Shown in pieces: positions 1 through 13,786 of a stretch of DNA of 51,417 nucleotides. A model generated the notes under the pieces. It was given only the letters and a program-made list of their open reading frames with translations. It made no database searches and was not told the origin of the DNA. Location: NCBI RefSeq assembly GCF_001194135.2, contig NC_068993.1, positions 9,042,153 to 9,093,569 of the forward strand, in the 5' to 3' direction. This DNA comes from Octopus bimaculoides. Lineage: Eukaryota. Made by a program: the position numbers and the translations under genes. The first letter of the stretch is position 1. Each line of letters begins with the position of its first letter.

Positions 1-15
1 TATATATATATATAT

Positions 16-142
16 TCTTAAAAAAGAATATTATTGATAGTGACTTTGAAGTTTCAGCCAGTAAAGTCAACATTGGACTGTTGACAATGGCTTATCTTTG
101 CCAAAAATTCAAAATCACTAACAATAATATTCTTGTTTAAGA
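16..142. mobile_element. Fold-back MITE next to a (TA)n tract
   Basis: TCTTAAAAAAGAATATTATTGATAGTGACTTTGAA pairs imperfectly with TTCAAAATCACTAACAATAATATTCTTGTTTAAGA. Confidence 0.55.
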
Positions 143-1065
143 AGAATATAATTGTACTCTACAAAAGTATTGAGTAACCCATTAGATTAATGCAAAATTG
201 TTTTTATTAAAATTGAACATAAAAACAAAACATTAACATATGTACAGGAGTCTTGTGTGTTACAGTCTCCTAGCCTTGACGTCATTTAATAGATGTGAGT
301 GAATGCCACCATTATGCAAGCAATGTTCTTCATTTTGAATCTTCTGTGAAAACATGTCTTGTCATTCAGATCATAAACAATCACATCATCGAAATTTCAA
401 AGCTATGAGATAATGCATGATTAATATTAATTCAAAGCAATGTGAATAAGTATTACAATTGACAGGGTAATCTGAATGCTAAAGGGTTAAACTAGCAAGG
501 TCTGGACTCTCACACCTACCCTACAATGTCATTCTGAAAATCAGCACATCATTGAAATCTTGAAGCAATGAGTAATTCAAAACCCATGTGAATAAACAAG
601 AATTACATTTGAGAGAGTTAACTGAATGCTAAGGAGTTAACCATCATCCATTTTGTTTTCTTCACACCAAATAATGAAACTAAAAACACATTAAGTAAAC
701 TATTAACTGATTCCAGATGTTGGGAGTAAAACAGAGAGAGATTATTAGCAAAGAGTATTTATTGTACTATAAATATTTATTCTGAAATAATTAGATTACC
801 ATTATTTAAAATTTAAAGCATTCTGTTTTCTTTTCAGCTATTGGAATCTAGCTCGATATCATTTATAAAAAAAAAAACCTGATAACAGAAGCATTACTAA
901 ATTTGTTTAGGAAACCTTAAATATGCCGAAATTTATCTTTAATAGCACATGATCAATACTATATTATTATTATTATTATTTTCAGTAGTACATATTTTAC
1001 AGTTAGAACGATACTAAGATTAGCATGCCACCTGTAATATTTTTTTTGAATGACATCGAGTAGTA

Positions 1066-1421
1066 TTAGCCCTTTTGATACCAACCTGCTTGAGACAGCC
1101 CCTGGTTCTATTTATGCAAAATTCTTGTTTTAAACTGATCTATAATAAATTATTCCATAAAAACTTCATGTTAATTTGTTCCAAACATCAGATTAATAAT
1201 GACAAAATTTTGCTGTATCTTGGGTCCGGTCATTGTGTGTTTACTACTAGCATAATGACTGTCCCGAGATACAGAAAATCTGTTCCAACACACGAGTTCA
1301 CATCAAGAATCCTGCAAACCACAATAATGAGAAACTAATTTTATGAAATGTTTCATTATTTTCAAAATTGAAACAAAGAAAAAAGTGTATTTCAGCAGAA
1401 ATATGGTAACAGAGGGGTTAA
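1066..1421. mobile_element. Second piggyBac-like MITE family; inverse-orientation copy at about 4923-5093
   Basis: TTAG-CCCTTTTGATACC...GGTAACAGAGGGG-TTAA; degenerate TIRs; shares sequence with the reverse complement of 4923-5093. Confidence 0.55.
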
Positions 1422-1484
1422 TTGGTATTGACAAAATGTCCGGCAATGTTTAGTATTATTATTATTATTATTATTACTATTAGT

Positions 1485-2352
1485 AAGTCGGCGAGCTGGC
1501 AGAATCATTAGCTTAGTGGCATTTTGTCTGTCTTTATATTCCGAATTCGAATTCCACTACGGTCAACTTTGCCCTCATCCTTTCGGGGTCGATAAATTAA
1601 GTACCAGTGAAACACTGAGGTTGATGTAATCAATTAGTCCCCTCTCGCCAAATTTCAGGGGCTGTGCTTTTAGCAGAAAGGATTATTACTATTATATTAT
1701 TAGTAAGGCTGTGGGCTGGCAGAAACATTAGCACACCTGGCGAAATGCTTAGCGATATTTCGTCTGTTTCTCTGTTCTGAAGTCAACTTTGCCTTTCATC
1801 CTTTCGGGGTCGATAAATTAAGTACCAGTTGTGTACTGGAGTCGATCAAATCGACTGGCCCCCTCCCCAGAAAATTATGGACTTTGTGCCCAGAGTAGAA
1901 AAGATTATTATTATAAGCTGATGAAATGACAGAATTAATAGTATGCTGGGCAAAATGCTAAGTAGTATTTTGTCTTTACATTCTGAGTTCAAATTCTGCC
2001 GAGGTTGACTTTACCTTTCATTCTTTCAGGGTAGATAAAAATAAGTACCAATGAAACACTGGGGTCAATGTAATCAACTTGTCCCCTCCCCCAAAATTTC
2101 AGGCCTTGTGCCTTTAATTGAAAGGATTATTATTATTGAGTTGGTGAGCCGGCAGAACGGTTAGTATGCCGAACAAAACGTTTAGCAGCATTTCATCTGA
2201 CTTCGTGTTCAGGGTTCAAACTCTGCTGAGGTCAGCTTTGCATTTTGTCCTTTCAGGGTCAATAAAAAAGTACCAGTTGAACAGTGAGGGGCTGATGTAA
2301 CTGACTTACCCACTGCTCCGAAATTGCTGGCTTTGTGCCAAAATTTGAAACC
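1485..2352 (+). mobile_element. Four head-to-tail copies of SINE family B (AAGGCGGCGAGCTGGCAGAA head): about 1485-1685, 1705-1905, 1915-2125 and 2141-2352
   Basis: Repeated GAGCTGGCAGAA...GTTCAAATTC...CTTTCATCCTTTCGGGGTCGATAAA...GGCCTTGTGCC units separated by (ATT)n. Confidence 0.85.
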
Positions 2353-3158
2353 ATTATTATCATCATCATTTTTGCACTACCTTTAGCAGTATATATTAAA
2401 AAAAAAAAAAAAAAACTGAAAAAATACAAACAAAATTAACATACTCTGCACATGAGGGATAAGAAAACGTGTGTGAAGTGTTCCTTATTTTTCAGAGAGG
2501 AGTGATATGAAAAAAATTTGTTAGTATTTCTATTATTAATTTGAAGTTATTTTATCTGTTGTTAACACCTTTTAAAAGTAATTAATATCAGAGCTTCATA
2601 TTTGTCTCCACACTTAGGTAACAAACATTAACCTATTAGCTACATGTGACCCAAATATTCTGTTCCGTGTTCAAACCAGCCACATCTAGCTTCTCACACA
2701 TACCCTATAATGTCATTCTAAAAATAAACAATCACATCAAAGTTTGTAAGCTACAAGATTATACAGGATTAATTCAAAACAGAGTAATCTGGATGCTAAA
2801 GGGTCAGAGTGAGTCAATAATGGAGTGTATGAGGTTGCTCAACATGCTGGTTATAGCAGCCAAATCTCCCTCAAATTACAACCATTACAATCTTAGAAGA
2901 GGACACATTGGATAATGTAGCAGATGTAGTATAAAAAACAAAAAGGATATAGTTGTAGGTAGCTGTAATACCTTTCTACCTATCATAAACCTGCTTTTTC
3001 AGAGAAGACATGGAGTGATTTCAAAACCCCATTTACCAAAGGTTAAAGTACACTTAAGCCTTCATCCCTCTGGGGCCAAGGAAATACGAGAATCTTCTCC
3101 GCTGTTGTTAACCTTCTTGAAATAGCAGTCAACCTCTTTCAAACCATACCCTACCATC

Positions 3159-3387
3159 TTAACCCTTTAGTGTTCGCATTATTCTGCCAAAAGTAATGCT
3201 TTTTCATCTACATTGTTTTGAACTAATCATACATTATCTTGTAGCTATAAGATTTTGATGAGGTAGCTGTTAATTTTTAAAACGATATTGTAGGGTTGGT
3301 GTGAGAGACCAGATCTGGCCAATTTGAACATAAAACAAGCAGAATACTTTTGTCCGGATATGGCCGGTTTAAATGCTAAAGGGTTAA
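3159..3387. mobile_element. piggyBac-like MITE (TTAA-CCCTTTAG...CTAAAGGG-TTAA); partial copies at about 370-490, 500-641 and 2690-2805
   Basis: TTAA at both ends, CCC/GGG termini and an 8-bp perfect TIR; the interior is shared with the partial copies. Confidence 0.75.
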
Positions 3388-3802
3388 GGATCAATGGTCA
3401 CAATGTAGTAGTTCTGGATATACAAGTGGTTCTCAAGTTTCTTAACTTTCTTTTACTGACATTTTTTTTTCTTCCCAACACCTACTCCCCTTGCAACTGT
3501 TCACGCCCTCCCTCATTTTTCATGTATACACACGTAATATTAGGCTAAAGTAATTCAGTCCAAAGTACTAGTTTGACATAGGTGACTACTTACCACTGCT
3601 TAGTAAAGACATACTCTGTTACAAGTATACAGTATCCGGTTTTGTTTATTTACTTATTCTCGTTTCTATATCTCTTGTTACTACTGTCACTCGTTTTGAC
3701 CTGATTGCAAGCTAACAAGCATTTTATCTTAATATTACATTTAATTTTTTTTTAAATAAAAAAAGTTACTATTTACATAGGGAACAAAGAATAAAAAAGT
3801 TG

Positions 3803-3960
3803 TACAGGGGTGGCTGTGTGGTAAGTAGCTTGCTTACCAACCACATGGTTCCGGGTTCAGTCCCACTGCGTGGCACCTTGGGCAAGTGTCTTCTACTATA
3901 GGCTCGGGTCGATCAAAGCCTTGTAAGTGGATTTGGTAGATGGAAACTGAAAGAAGCCCA

Positions 3961-4013
<53 letters not shown>

Positions 4014-4252
4014 GTATGGGAGAATTCACGAATATGTATGTATGTATGTGTATATGTTTGTCCTCCCAACATCGCTTGACAACCGATGCTGGTGTGTATA
4101 CATTCCCGTAACTTAGCAGTTCGGCAAAAGAGACCGATATAATAAGTACTAGGCTTACAAAGAATAAGTCCTGGGGTTGATTTGCTCAACTAAAGGCAGT
4201 GCTCCAGCATGGCCGCAGTCAAAGGACTGAAACAAGTAAAAGAGTAAAAGAG
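3803..4252 (+). mobile_element. SINE family A (GGCTGTGTGGTAAG head, internal microsatellite, AAACAAGTAAAAGAG tail), full length
   Basis: tRNA-like head with GGTTCAGTCCC B-box-like motif; the same sequence recurs more than 10 times in the window. Confidence 0.85.
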
Positions 4253-4797
4253 AATGCATTTATCACTTCCACTCCACCTTGTTCTAGGACCCATATAAAA
4301 TTTTCTAAGCCCAACACCTATCCACCCTGGGGTCAGTACTGGTCACTCTGAGAAACCCTAGGATATATAAACATAGAGAATTGTCATCACTGAAATCTCA
4401 GGTTAAACAATTAGTAGAAGTGCTATGTAGTCACTGAAGCTGTTAGGAATAAAAACAAAATCTCCATTGTGCCCTTTTTTTTGAAGACAGATCCGAAGGT
4501 AAACAAATGGTAATAACTAGTATAGTTGAGGGCAGTTAAGAAGAGAACATTCGATAATAATATGAGTGAGGAGTCTAATGTGGGTTTTGTGTGAGCATGT
4601 ATATGTTAAATAAAATGAGACACCAAAGCCAAGGCTGTGTGGAATTTTTAGGACATTTATAAAGAGAAAGTTAGTCTTACAGCTGGTTCTGGGATATTAG
4701 GGATATCCCTTCATCAGAGACAATATGAGAGAGTTAAATAGAGGGAAATAGAGTTCAATATAAGGAGTTATTTTGGGAAAGGATGGANNNNNNNNNN

Positions 4798-4844
<47 letters not shown>

Positions 4845-5127
4845 TGAGAGTGAAAGAGAGAACAAGAGTTAGTTGTTATATGGAACAAGAAGCTCTTATC
4901 ATGAAATTTATTACTTCTTCACTAACCCTATCATTACCATATTTCTAGTGAAATAACTTTATCCTTTATTAAGCAGATGATTGGAATATAAATTTTGGAA
5001 GTTTTCTCTTGTTTTCAACTTTAAATCCCTTTAAAACAAACTTTGTATCATAGAACCAAGGACAGTCTTAGGCAGGTTGATATCAAAAGAGTCCAAGTGT
5101 TAGAGGTTTATATTATCATTTCCTTGT

Positions 5128-5430
5128 GATGGTATAGGTGTGTGGTAAGGAGTCTGCTTCCCAACCACTTGGTTTCAGGCTCAGCCCCACAGAAACTGAA
5201 AGAGGCCCTTCACACACACACACGCATGTGTTTGTTTGTTTGTTTCTCCTCCACCACCACTTGGCAACTTGGTTTGTTTACGTCTCCATAACTTAGCAGT
5301 TCAGCAAAAGGACACAAAGAAAATAAGCATCAGGCTTAAAAAAAAAATTAAGCACTGTGGTCAATTTGACTAAAAACCCTTCGCCCCAGCATGGCCACAG
5401 CCTAATGAGTGAAACAAGTAAAAGATAAAA
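5128..5430 (+). mobile_element. SINE family A, internally deleted
   Basis: Similar to 3803-4252. Confidence 0.7.
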
Positions 5431-5454
5431 ATTAATCTTTTAGGAATAATATAA

Positions 5455-5841
5455 CTCTTTACTCTCTCTTTTACTTGTTTCAGCCATTTTGACTGCGGCC
5501 ATGCTGGAGCACCGCCTTTAGTCAACAAATCAACCCCAGGACTTATTCTTTGGAAGCCTAGTACTTATTCTATCGGTCTCTTTTGCTGAACCACTAAATT
5601 ACAGGGATGTAAACACACCACCATCGGTCGTCAAGCGACGTTGGGAGGACAAACACAAACATATACATATATATTATACGACGGGCTTCTTTCAGTTTCC
5701 GTCTACCAAATCCACTCACAAGGCTTTGGTCGGCCCGAGGCTATAGTAGAAGACACTTGCCCAAGGTGCCACGCAGTGGGACTGAACCCAGAACCATGTG
5801 GTTGGTAAGCAAGCTACTTACCACACAGCTACTCCTGCGCC
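5455..5841 (-). mobile_element. SINE family A, full length
   Basis: Reverse complement of the family A pattern. Confidence 0.85.
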
Positions 5842-6397
5842 TAAGAAGATTTTTATCACTCATTTCCTCATTATTTTTAATAATTGTTAATTTTAACATC
5901 AGAACTAATCCCATATGCTTTTTAGGGGCCTAACCTCATCATTTTCACTTTCCTTTGAACACAGAACATAAAGATGGACAAAATGATCTAGAAATATATA
6001 CATGTGTGTATACATACATGTGTGTGTGTGTGTGTGTAGAAAGAGAGAGAATGAGTTAGTTGTTATATGGAACAAGAGACTCCCATCATGAAATTAGTTA
6101 TTTCTTCACTAACCCTATCATTACCATATGATTAAGATTAATTATACCCTCCTATCAAAACAATGTGCATATATAAATTACATCACAATATAAATTATAT
6201 CTAAACCATCAACAAATGAGCCAATGAAGGAATCCTCAGTATGGTTTATCAACCAGCTAGAAGTAACAGTCAAATTTCATACTACCATATTAGAAATATT
6301 AACAACAAATGAGAAGTATTTTTTGTTGTCATTCTGTTATTCATAAACCAAATGAAAATATGTGAGCTTCAATCGGGCTGAAGTTCAGTATTGTCTT

Positions 6398-6697
6398 GTC
6401 CATCTGTCCATCCATCCATCCATTATTTTCACCCATTATTCCTAAGGTCATGATGAAGTAGAGTCCTCAGACACTTTATTCATAGGGTCCTACCGGAAGC
6501 AATCATCATTACTCTTTCTGGCTGGACTCCCAAGCATGAGCAACTGAGACTACAGATATTGTCCAACCATTTTGTTCTTGGTCTACCTCTGGATCTCCTG
6601 CCACTTGGCTTGGCTTGAAGAATCTGTTTTTTTTTAATGTTTCCTGGTGATGTTCTAATCACTTGTCCATAGTACTGAAGCCACGATCCCTCATTGC
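6398..6697 (-). mobile_element. RTE-type LINE 3' fragment with (TGGA)n tail
   Basis: Minus-strand translation YYGQVIR...GRRSRGRPRTKWLDNI matches the RTE ORF C-terminus; simple-repeat tail. Confidence 0.75.
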
Positions 6698-7218
6698 ATT
6701 GAGGTCAAAGTATTGTATTTTAAGGAAAAAAAAAAAAACTAGATAGAGTTTTGTCTTTCTAAAAGGCCATTCCTTTCACCAAACATTTAAACTGGAAACA
6801 TCAAGTAAACTTTCCAAACATAGAAAGATATTATCATCAGGATTGTTTAACATCTGTTTTCCATTCTGGTATGGGTCAGAAGCTGACTAGCCAGAAAACT
6901 GCGCAAAATTCTAAGGTCTACTTTGGTATGGTTTCTATAACTGGACGCCCTTCCTAACACCAACCATTTTACAAAGTCTGCTGGGTACTGTCGACATAGC
7001 ACTGGCACTATTGAGGTCACCAGGTGGTATTAAGAGAGATGGTTTTGAGCCAGGTGATGAAAGGTTAAAGTATGACAGGGAGACAGAAACAGGTGTCTTG
7101 CAGTAGAGGAGAGATACAGACCTACCTCAGTTGAAAAAGAGAGAAGATGGTATACTAGTTTTTAAAATAGTTTAGTATACGTTTGAAGGAGGTAAGGTAG
7201 CGAGGTGGACATACTTAC

Positions 7219-7266
7219 ATAACGTCACTTGCTTCAGAATCAACTTCAGTTTTAGAATTAATATCA
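7219..7266 (-). other. Candidate 48-nt frame-preserving exon of an unidentified minus-strand gene
   Basis: Minus strand: AATTTTATCTTTTTACAG|TGATATT...GACGTTAT|GTAAGTATG; open in phase 2 (DINSKTEVDSEASDV) and in phase 1; no homology recognised. Confidence 0.5.
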
Positions 7267-7505
7267 CTGTAAAAAGATAAAATTAGAGGATTTATTAAAA
7301 GAAGGTACCATAGATTCACTGGTATAAATAGAGGGGGGGGGACAGTATAATACAAGCCAGCTATAAACCTGGAAGTAAGAGATACTCAGATATTGTACTC
7401 CACCACCCAGACTGTCTGAGCCAAATTTACGATTTGTAAAAATTATCGAAATAAAAATAAAAGGGCTTTCTTAGTTGTAAGTCAGCTTTTGGATCCTTCT
7501 TTTGT

Positions 7506-7861
7506 CTTTTACTTGTTTCAGTCATCAGACTGCAACCATGTTGAAGCACTCCCTTGAGGGGTTTTGCTTGAACAGAACAACCCTAGTTTGGTACTAATTC
7601 TCAGTTTCATTTGCTGAAGTGCTAAGTTACAGGTATGTAAACAAACAATTGTTGTCAAGTGCATGTAAAGAACAGAGGAACACACACACACACACAAACA
7701 CAATGGGTTTCCACACAGTTTCACTACCAAATTGACTCACAAAAGATTAGCAGGCCTGGGGTTACAGTAGAAGACACTTGCCCAAGGGGCCATGCAGTGG
7801 GACTGAACCCAAAACCACATGGTTGGGAAACAAGCTTCTTAACCACACAGTCATACCTGCA
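7506..7861 (-). mobile_element. SINE family A, diverged
   Basis: Similar to family A. Confidence 0.75.
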
Positions 7862-7959
7862 TTTATTGTACTTCACACAACTCCAATAATCCAACTTTTC
7901 TCTATTATAGGGTTCAGTACCACTACAATGTATCTTGGGCATGTGTTTTCTATTATGGC

Positions 7960-8240
7960 CCAGGTCAACCAGTCTTACTAGAGGATCCATTAAACGGAAA
8001 TGGAAAAAAATCCTGTTGTGTTCGGCACTATTTATAGAACGAACGTCACCAGGCAGCGTTGTTCGTTTGCAATATTCCGTCAAAATATGTCCGGTTACTG
8101 TACTGTTCTCTGTGATTGGAAATAGGTAGGTTTGATGACAGGAAGTGCATCTAGCCGGAGATAAACAAACTACTTCCACTAATTTCGTCTGACCCATGCA
8201 AGCATGGAAAAGTGGACGTTAAAAACAATGATAATGATTA
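7960..8240 (+). repeat. Repeat family F (GGAAGGGCATCCAGC...GCATGGAAAAGTGGACGTTAAA(TGA)n tail, RTE-tail-like SINE); fragments at about 250-365, 6830-7010 (-), 17330-17560 (-), 35925-35980 (-), 39010-39120, 41650-41715 and 45790-45850 (-)
   Basis: Shared 3' motif and (GAT)n tails. Confidence 0.55.
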
Positions 8241-9498
8241 TATAGATAGATAGATACATACAGAAAGAGAGACGGATGAAAATGTAATCATAAGTATACA
8301 CAAACGTATGTGTGTGTGTGTGTGTGTGCGTGTGAAACCGGAGGCATTCTACAATTCTATACAATCGCTTCATTCGTCAACGATATATTTTTGTAAAAAT
8401 GTGTGCGCGTGCGTTCATAAATACACACACACACCACATGCAACCACAAACATATGTACATATATATATAGTCTAAATACATATATATATGCACACGTAC
8501 AACATACATTCACACTTAGACGAAATACACTGAGATCACATGTGTATATACACACGACATATATATACGCACGTAGATTAGACACATGCCCACCTACACG
8601 ACATACAATAAATATACAGTACACCCATAAATTTGTAGTCTGTGTATATATATACACACACACATATTCGTATAGCGTGTATATATATAGTGTGTGTGTA
8701 TAATATACACATTATGTGTATGAGAGTGCGTATGTATTATTGTATATAACACACATATTTTTCACAGATACCCTCTCACCTTAATTTAAAGTTGGAAGAG
8801 GCATTTTGCGTTGGTGTTGATGCATTGTTCCAGAGTCTAACACGACCACATTAGATTGACGCAGTAAAAGGAGGCTGAACGTTCCTCACCAACTCAATAA
8901 AATACAAATTAATTAACGAAGAAATTAAAGAAGAAAATCTAACATAGGAAGTTTTTTTAAAAAGAAAAAAATAAATGAATATACAAATATATACAAGTGT
9001 TACAGACAGATAAATATTTAAAAAAACAAACATGGAATGCAGATACCAAAATCAGGCTAAGTGGAACGAAAAGGAAATATAAGAAAGGGAAAGAGAGAGA
9101 AAGAAGTAGGAGAATGAGTCTGTTTCCAAAGTGGGTGATCTGTTTGTATGGAGATAATTATAGTAAATATTCCCCTATCATCGCCATTTCAAGACCAGCT
9201 TCCAGTTGGGCTCAGACCAAACTGACCATCGCAGCTCGTACTACGGTAACGACCCGACGGTGAAATGTATTTTGAATAAACACACAAAGGCCAAAATGTG
9301 TGTGTGTGTGTGTGTGTGCATGCGTGTCGGGTATTCGAAAAATGGTTCGATCAACTGAAACACACCTAACATGTAACTGGTATTTTTACTTTACAAACAA
9401 TCCCAAATGGTATTTAAACCAGGAATCGAATATCAATTAGTACAAGACATAATCTTGGTCTTTCCTTTAATGTTCACAAGTGTCGTGGCTAAGTAGAA

Positions 9499-9695
9499 AA
9501 GGCGGCGGCGGCGAGCTGGAAGAACCGTTAGCACGCCGGACAAAATGTTTAGCGGTATTTCTTCTGGCTTTTATGTTCTTGGTTCAAAATTTCGCCGAGG
9601 TCGATAAAACAAGTACCAGTTGAGCACTGCGGGGTCGATGTAATCGACTGGCACCTTCCCCTAAATTTCAGACCACGTATCTAGAGTTGAAAGAT
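9499..9695 (+). mobile_element. SINE family B (CpG-retaining copy); degenerate copies at about 9990-10100 (+), 11450-11630 (-) and 24990-25110 (-)
   Basis: Similar to family B. Confidence 0.75.
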
Positions 9696-11003
9696 TATTA
9701 TTATTGTACATTTCGAGTTCAAATTCTCATTAAGAGGAAGACAGAATTAACATGGTCGATTGGACTGGAGCCAATTAATCTTTATAATTATTATTAGTCG
9801 ACATTTTACCCCCACCACCTCTTTTAGTCAAGAAAGAGTAAAGGCAGTACCCCTGACCCTTCACAGGATCTCGGAGATTTAATAGGAAAGAGGGAAGTTC
9901 ACAAGAGAGATGAAAGAGAATGACAAAAGGGAAAAAGGTGATAAAACAAGAACAGCAGAGTAGAGCGGTATTTAGTTACAGCCCCTTACGTTCCAAGTTC
10001 AAATCTTGCTGAACTTTATTTTTACCGGTCAGCTTTCAGGGATTCATTTACACGTAATATAAAGTACTAAAGTGCTAGTAAAGCACTAAGGTTGATGTAA
10101 TAATAAACTTAAAAAAACATCATAGCCATGAACGATTTTACAACAGAAGACGAAAGCTCTATATATATTATACAGGATATAATAACTCATAAATAAATTT
10201 TATCAACTATTTCATGTCAGGTGTTTATTTTTTGTGTTTTAAGGATACCGAAAATAGAAAGAGAACCTATTTATTACATTACTATATAACACGTAATTTA
10301 TTTTAAGATATCAACGAGGGAAAATGTAACAGAAACTAAAATAAATATATTTCTTGCAATGGACACGGACAGATACGTTAAATCTAGTTAAAAGAGTTTA
10401 AACATATTCTTCTTCTTACCAAGAATGCACGAAAATTCGAACCGAAGAGAAATTATTTTTTTAGCTTTCACAGTAAACAAGAACTAAGATAACTTCTAGA
10501 CATAAAGACACGGGGGTTTTAACAAAAAAAAAATATGGTTTAATAACAAATAAGATTTTTTTTTTAAATATATAATTGGAAGTTGTAAGTCGTGTTATTA
10601 TGAATAAAGTGTGAAAGAGAGAAGAGAAAAATTGATCGAAATATATAAACTCTAAATGTGGAAATAGGTGAAAAAAAAAATAATAATAATCCGAAACAAT
10701 CAATCAATCAATCGATGCGTCGGCATGAATGAAACATTGATAGTTGATTGAAACATACAGCAATAACAAATAAATACATTATTGACAGATTGAAAACGAT
10801 TCACTGTTAAGACCAGATCAAAAGAACACACGCACATATATATATATATACATGTGTGTGTGTGTGTAAACCGAACAGCAAGGAAAAGGAGGGTTTTTTT
10901 TTTTTTGGAAGTAGCATAATTTAGCAACAAAAAATTACTTACGGGTTCAAGTTACCTAATGTAACTCATTAAACGCAGAGGGCGGTGGGACATGGAGAAG
11001 ACA

Positions 11004-11035
<32 letters not shown>

Positions 11036-11127
11036 CTTAGAGAGAGATATAAACAGACAGAAAAGTAGGAAACACAATATGATTGTGTGAAAGTATGCGC
11101 TTGTGTGTGTAAATATGTGTGCACATT

Positions 11128-11158
<31 letters not shown>

Positions 11159-13584
11159 AAGAAATAGAAAGGTGTCGAACTAAATGACTTACAATCGTTA
11201 GTTTTGTCCTCATACCTCCCCAGTTCAATCAGATTCTATCGGGGTCAAACTGGCCTTCCTTATCAAGTCTATTTCGTGCGAAGGGGTGAGGAGAGAAGAG
11301 GTTTGCAACCCCCGCCAGTAAATAAATAAACCTGCCGTCAAAACACTCAACAATGCCGCCGCTCCCGCTTACAAAAATGGCCATTGTACCTAAGAATGGA
11401 AATATCGATTTCTTCCTCAAGCACAACAAGGTCAATATTTGTAGGGGGAAGAAGGTAGCAGAGTCGATTGATTTTGGCCGCTGGTGTATTTATTATTAGA
11501 ACTTATTTTTATCGATGATGAAAAGGGTGAAGAAAAAAAAAAAAAAAACGTCAAGCGTGAGACCCCTGGCAGAATTTGAACTCGGAATGAAATCCAGGAA
11601 ACACGACTACTAGCATTTAATACGGAAGCGTTTCACCATTTTTATGAAGGAAATATGTGAGCAAGTTTGTGACAAGACCAATAGCAAATATTTAGAAATA
11701 GACACACAAACACACACGGATAAATAGGGGTTTTAAGGATTTCACCTCGTAAAACATTCGAACTGTTTAACACCAGATTTATACGAGGAAAGAAATTTGT
11801 TTTGTAAAACGTGTGTGTGTGTGTGTGTGTGTGTGTCTATACACACGCACACATATGTTGTTTAGTACGAGATCAGTTCTAGACAAGCAGACCTCTGATT
11901 AAACGCATTCCTGCCATGCCCAGGGTGGGTTTTTTTTTCAAAATTTGTTTTATCGGGTATTGCGTACCTAGAACTACATTATCCAATGTGTTCTAATTCT
12001 TTTTAAGACGGTAAAGTGTAATTCAAGAAAGATATGGCTGCTATTTCTGATTGGTCGAACGACCATATAGAAGCTGGTTCAAGTAGAGAAAAAGAGTGTA
12101 TACTTACTTTCTCTCTCTCTCTCTCTCACTTCCACTCTACTCGAACCAGATAGATAGATAGACAGATAGATAGATAGATAGATATGGTAGTCTCTTAACT
12201 AAAGCGGCGTCAATTCTTGTTATATATTTAATTAACCCTTATCGGGACAGACAGATATCACCATTCATAAATTTCTCTTTTTAAAAACTTTCAAATAATT
12301 TTGTCTTCTTGTCGAAATGAGATACTATTTTATATATATATATATATATATGAGAAACGTCTAATTTTCAGAGATGTCAGCCTAATAGGTTAACTTGACA
12401 ATGGTATTGGGAAAAAACAATCTACAATAGTTTACTTTAAGTATAGTTATGTATAAAAAATAGTAAAATATTAACTGAATGCTCAGTCAATACATTTAAG
12501 TAGAATATCCTATTTATTTTTACAAGGAAACGTTTGACAGGGACTTCGAAATTTCGCCAGTCGTTAGACTAACAACGTATTTGTAAGCATCTATTCATTT
12601 CGTTTCAGTTATTCAAGATAGCCAGGTTACTTTTGTACATTCCCATTTATTGTCGGTTTGATTTTAATTGACGCCGCTTAATTTGATGACAAACATACAC
12701 AAAATATATACATTCTTTCGTTTTGCCACTCATTCATGTGTACGTGTGTGAATATAATATATATATATATATATACGCACACGAATGAGTGGACAAATGA
12801 AGGTAAGAGGTGGTACTCAATACATTTAGTAGGAGTTACAGATTGTTTAATAACAAATAGGTTCGTTCTACGAACCCACGAAACTAGAGTCGTAGAGAGC
12901 CGAGTCAAATTGTCATTAAAGCAATATCCGTCTGTCTATGTATGTATATCAGCACCATTACTTGTGCTACCACAATCACTTCCGGTTGATTATAAAAACC
13001 TTTACTTCGCTACAGCTAGCATCGAATATTTAGAGAAAGTGTAGATACACCAAATCAAACACACAAAATGAATATAATGTTGTATATATATTTAATCGAC
13101 TGACAAAAAGAAAGAGACGAAAGTTATTTAGTTTGTAAAAAGTGAAAGCAAGCGTTACTAGTTAGTTGGCCGACATGTACATTTCGTCTAGAAGCGATCA
13201 TACTTAGTCTTGTTTCTCGTTTTAAATAGCTAAATCAACAATTATATTTAAAATATAAATTAACAAAGATTAATTTAATCGGACTGTCAGTTGACTCTTA
13301 ATACTGAACAGAACGTTTTAAAAAAAATATTAATAAATAATTAAAAATCATTGTCTGCCTTAGTGTATAAGTGTAGAGTACTGGGAAATCCCATCGGAAA
13401 TTGCCGAACGAACACATTAATTATCGCTCTGCCTTTATCGAAACAAAGCTGGACATTTTCTTCAACTATTAAAATACAATACACACTTCAGTAAACAAGA
13501 TAACTTTTGTTCGCTTATTTTGTGTTGTTTTTTTTTTAAATAAAGTATGTATTGGCATTCGAAAGAATGCTGTATTATTTAAAC

Positions 13585-13786
13585 AAGGGTGTCGAGCTGG
13601 CAGAATCGTTAGCACGCCGGACAAAATGCTTAGCGGCATTCCTTCTCGCTCTTTACGTTTCTAGTTCGAATTTCCCTGAGGTCGACTTTGTCTTTCATGC
13701 TTACGAGTACAAGTTAAGCACTGGGGTCGATGTATTCGACTTAACCCAACTCCCAAATTGCAAGCCTTGTGCCAAAATCTGAAACC
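13585..13786 (+). mobile_element. SINE family B
   Basis: Similar to family B. Confidence 0.8.

Noticed and set aside
838-868. Strong + strand acceptor TTTTCTTTTCAG followed by YWNLARYHL-stop, a possible terminal exon
   Set aside because: The peptide is unrecognised, there is no supporting upstream exon in the window, and such acceptors occur by chance in AT-rich DNA.
5935-5987. Candidate 53-nt minus-strand exon (TTTCTAG acceptor, GTTAGG donor)
   Set aside because: It has a stop in phase 2, so it does not continue the frame of the 7219-7266 exon; it cannot be supported without RNA data.
7724-8197. 157-aa minus-strand ORF and the many similar ORFs containing [20 protein letters not shown] or [14 protein letters not shown]
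   Set aside because: They are readings of SINE families A and F repeated throughout the window.
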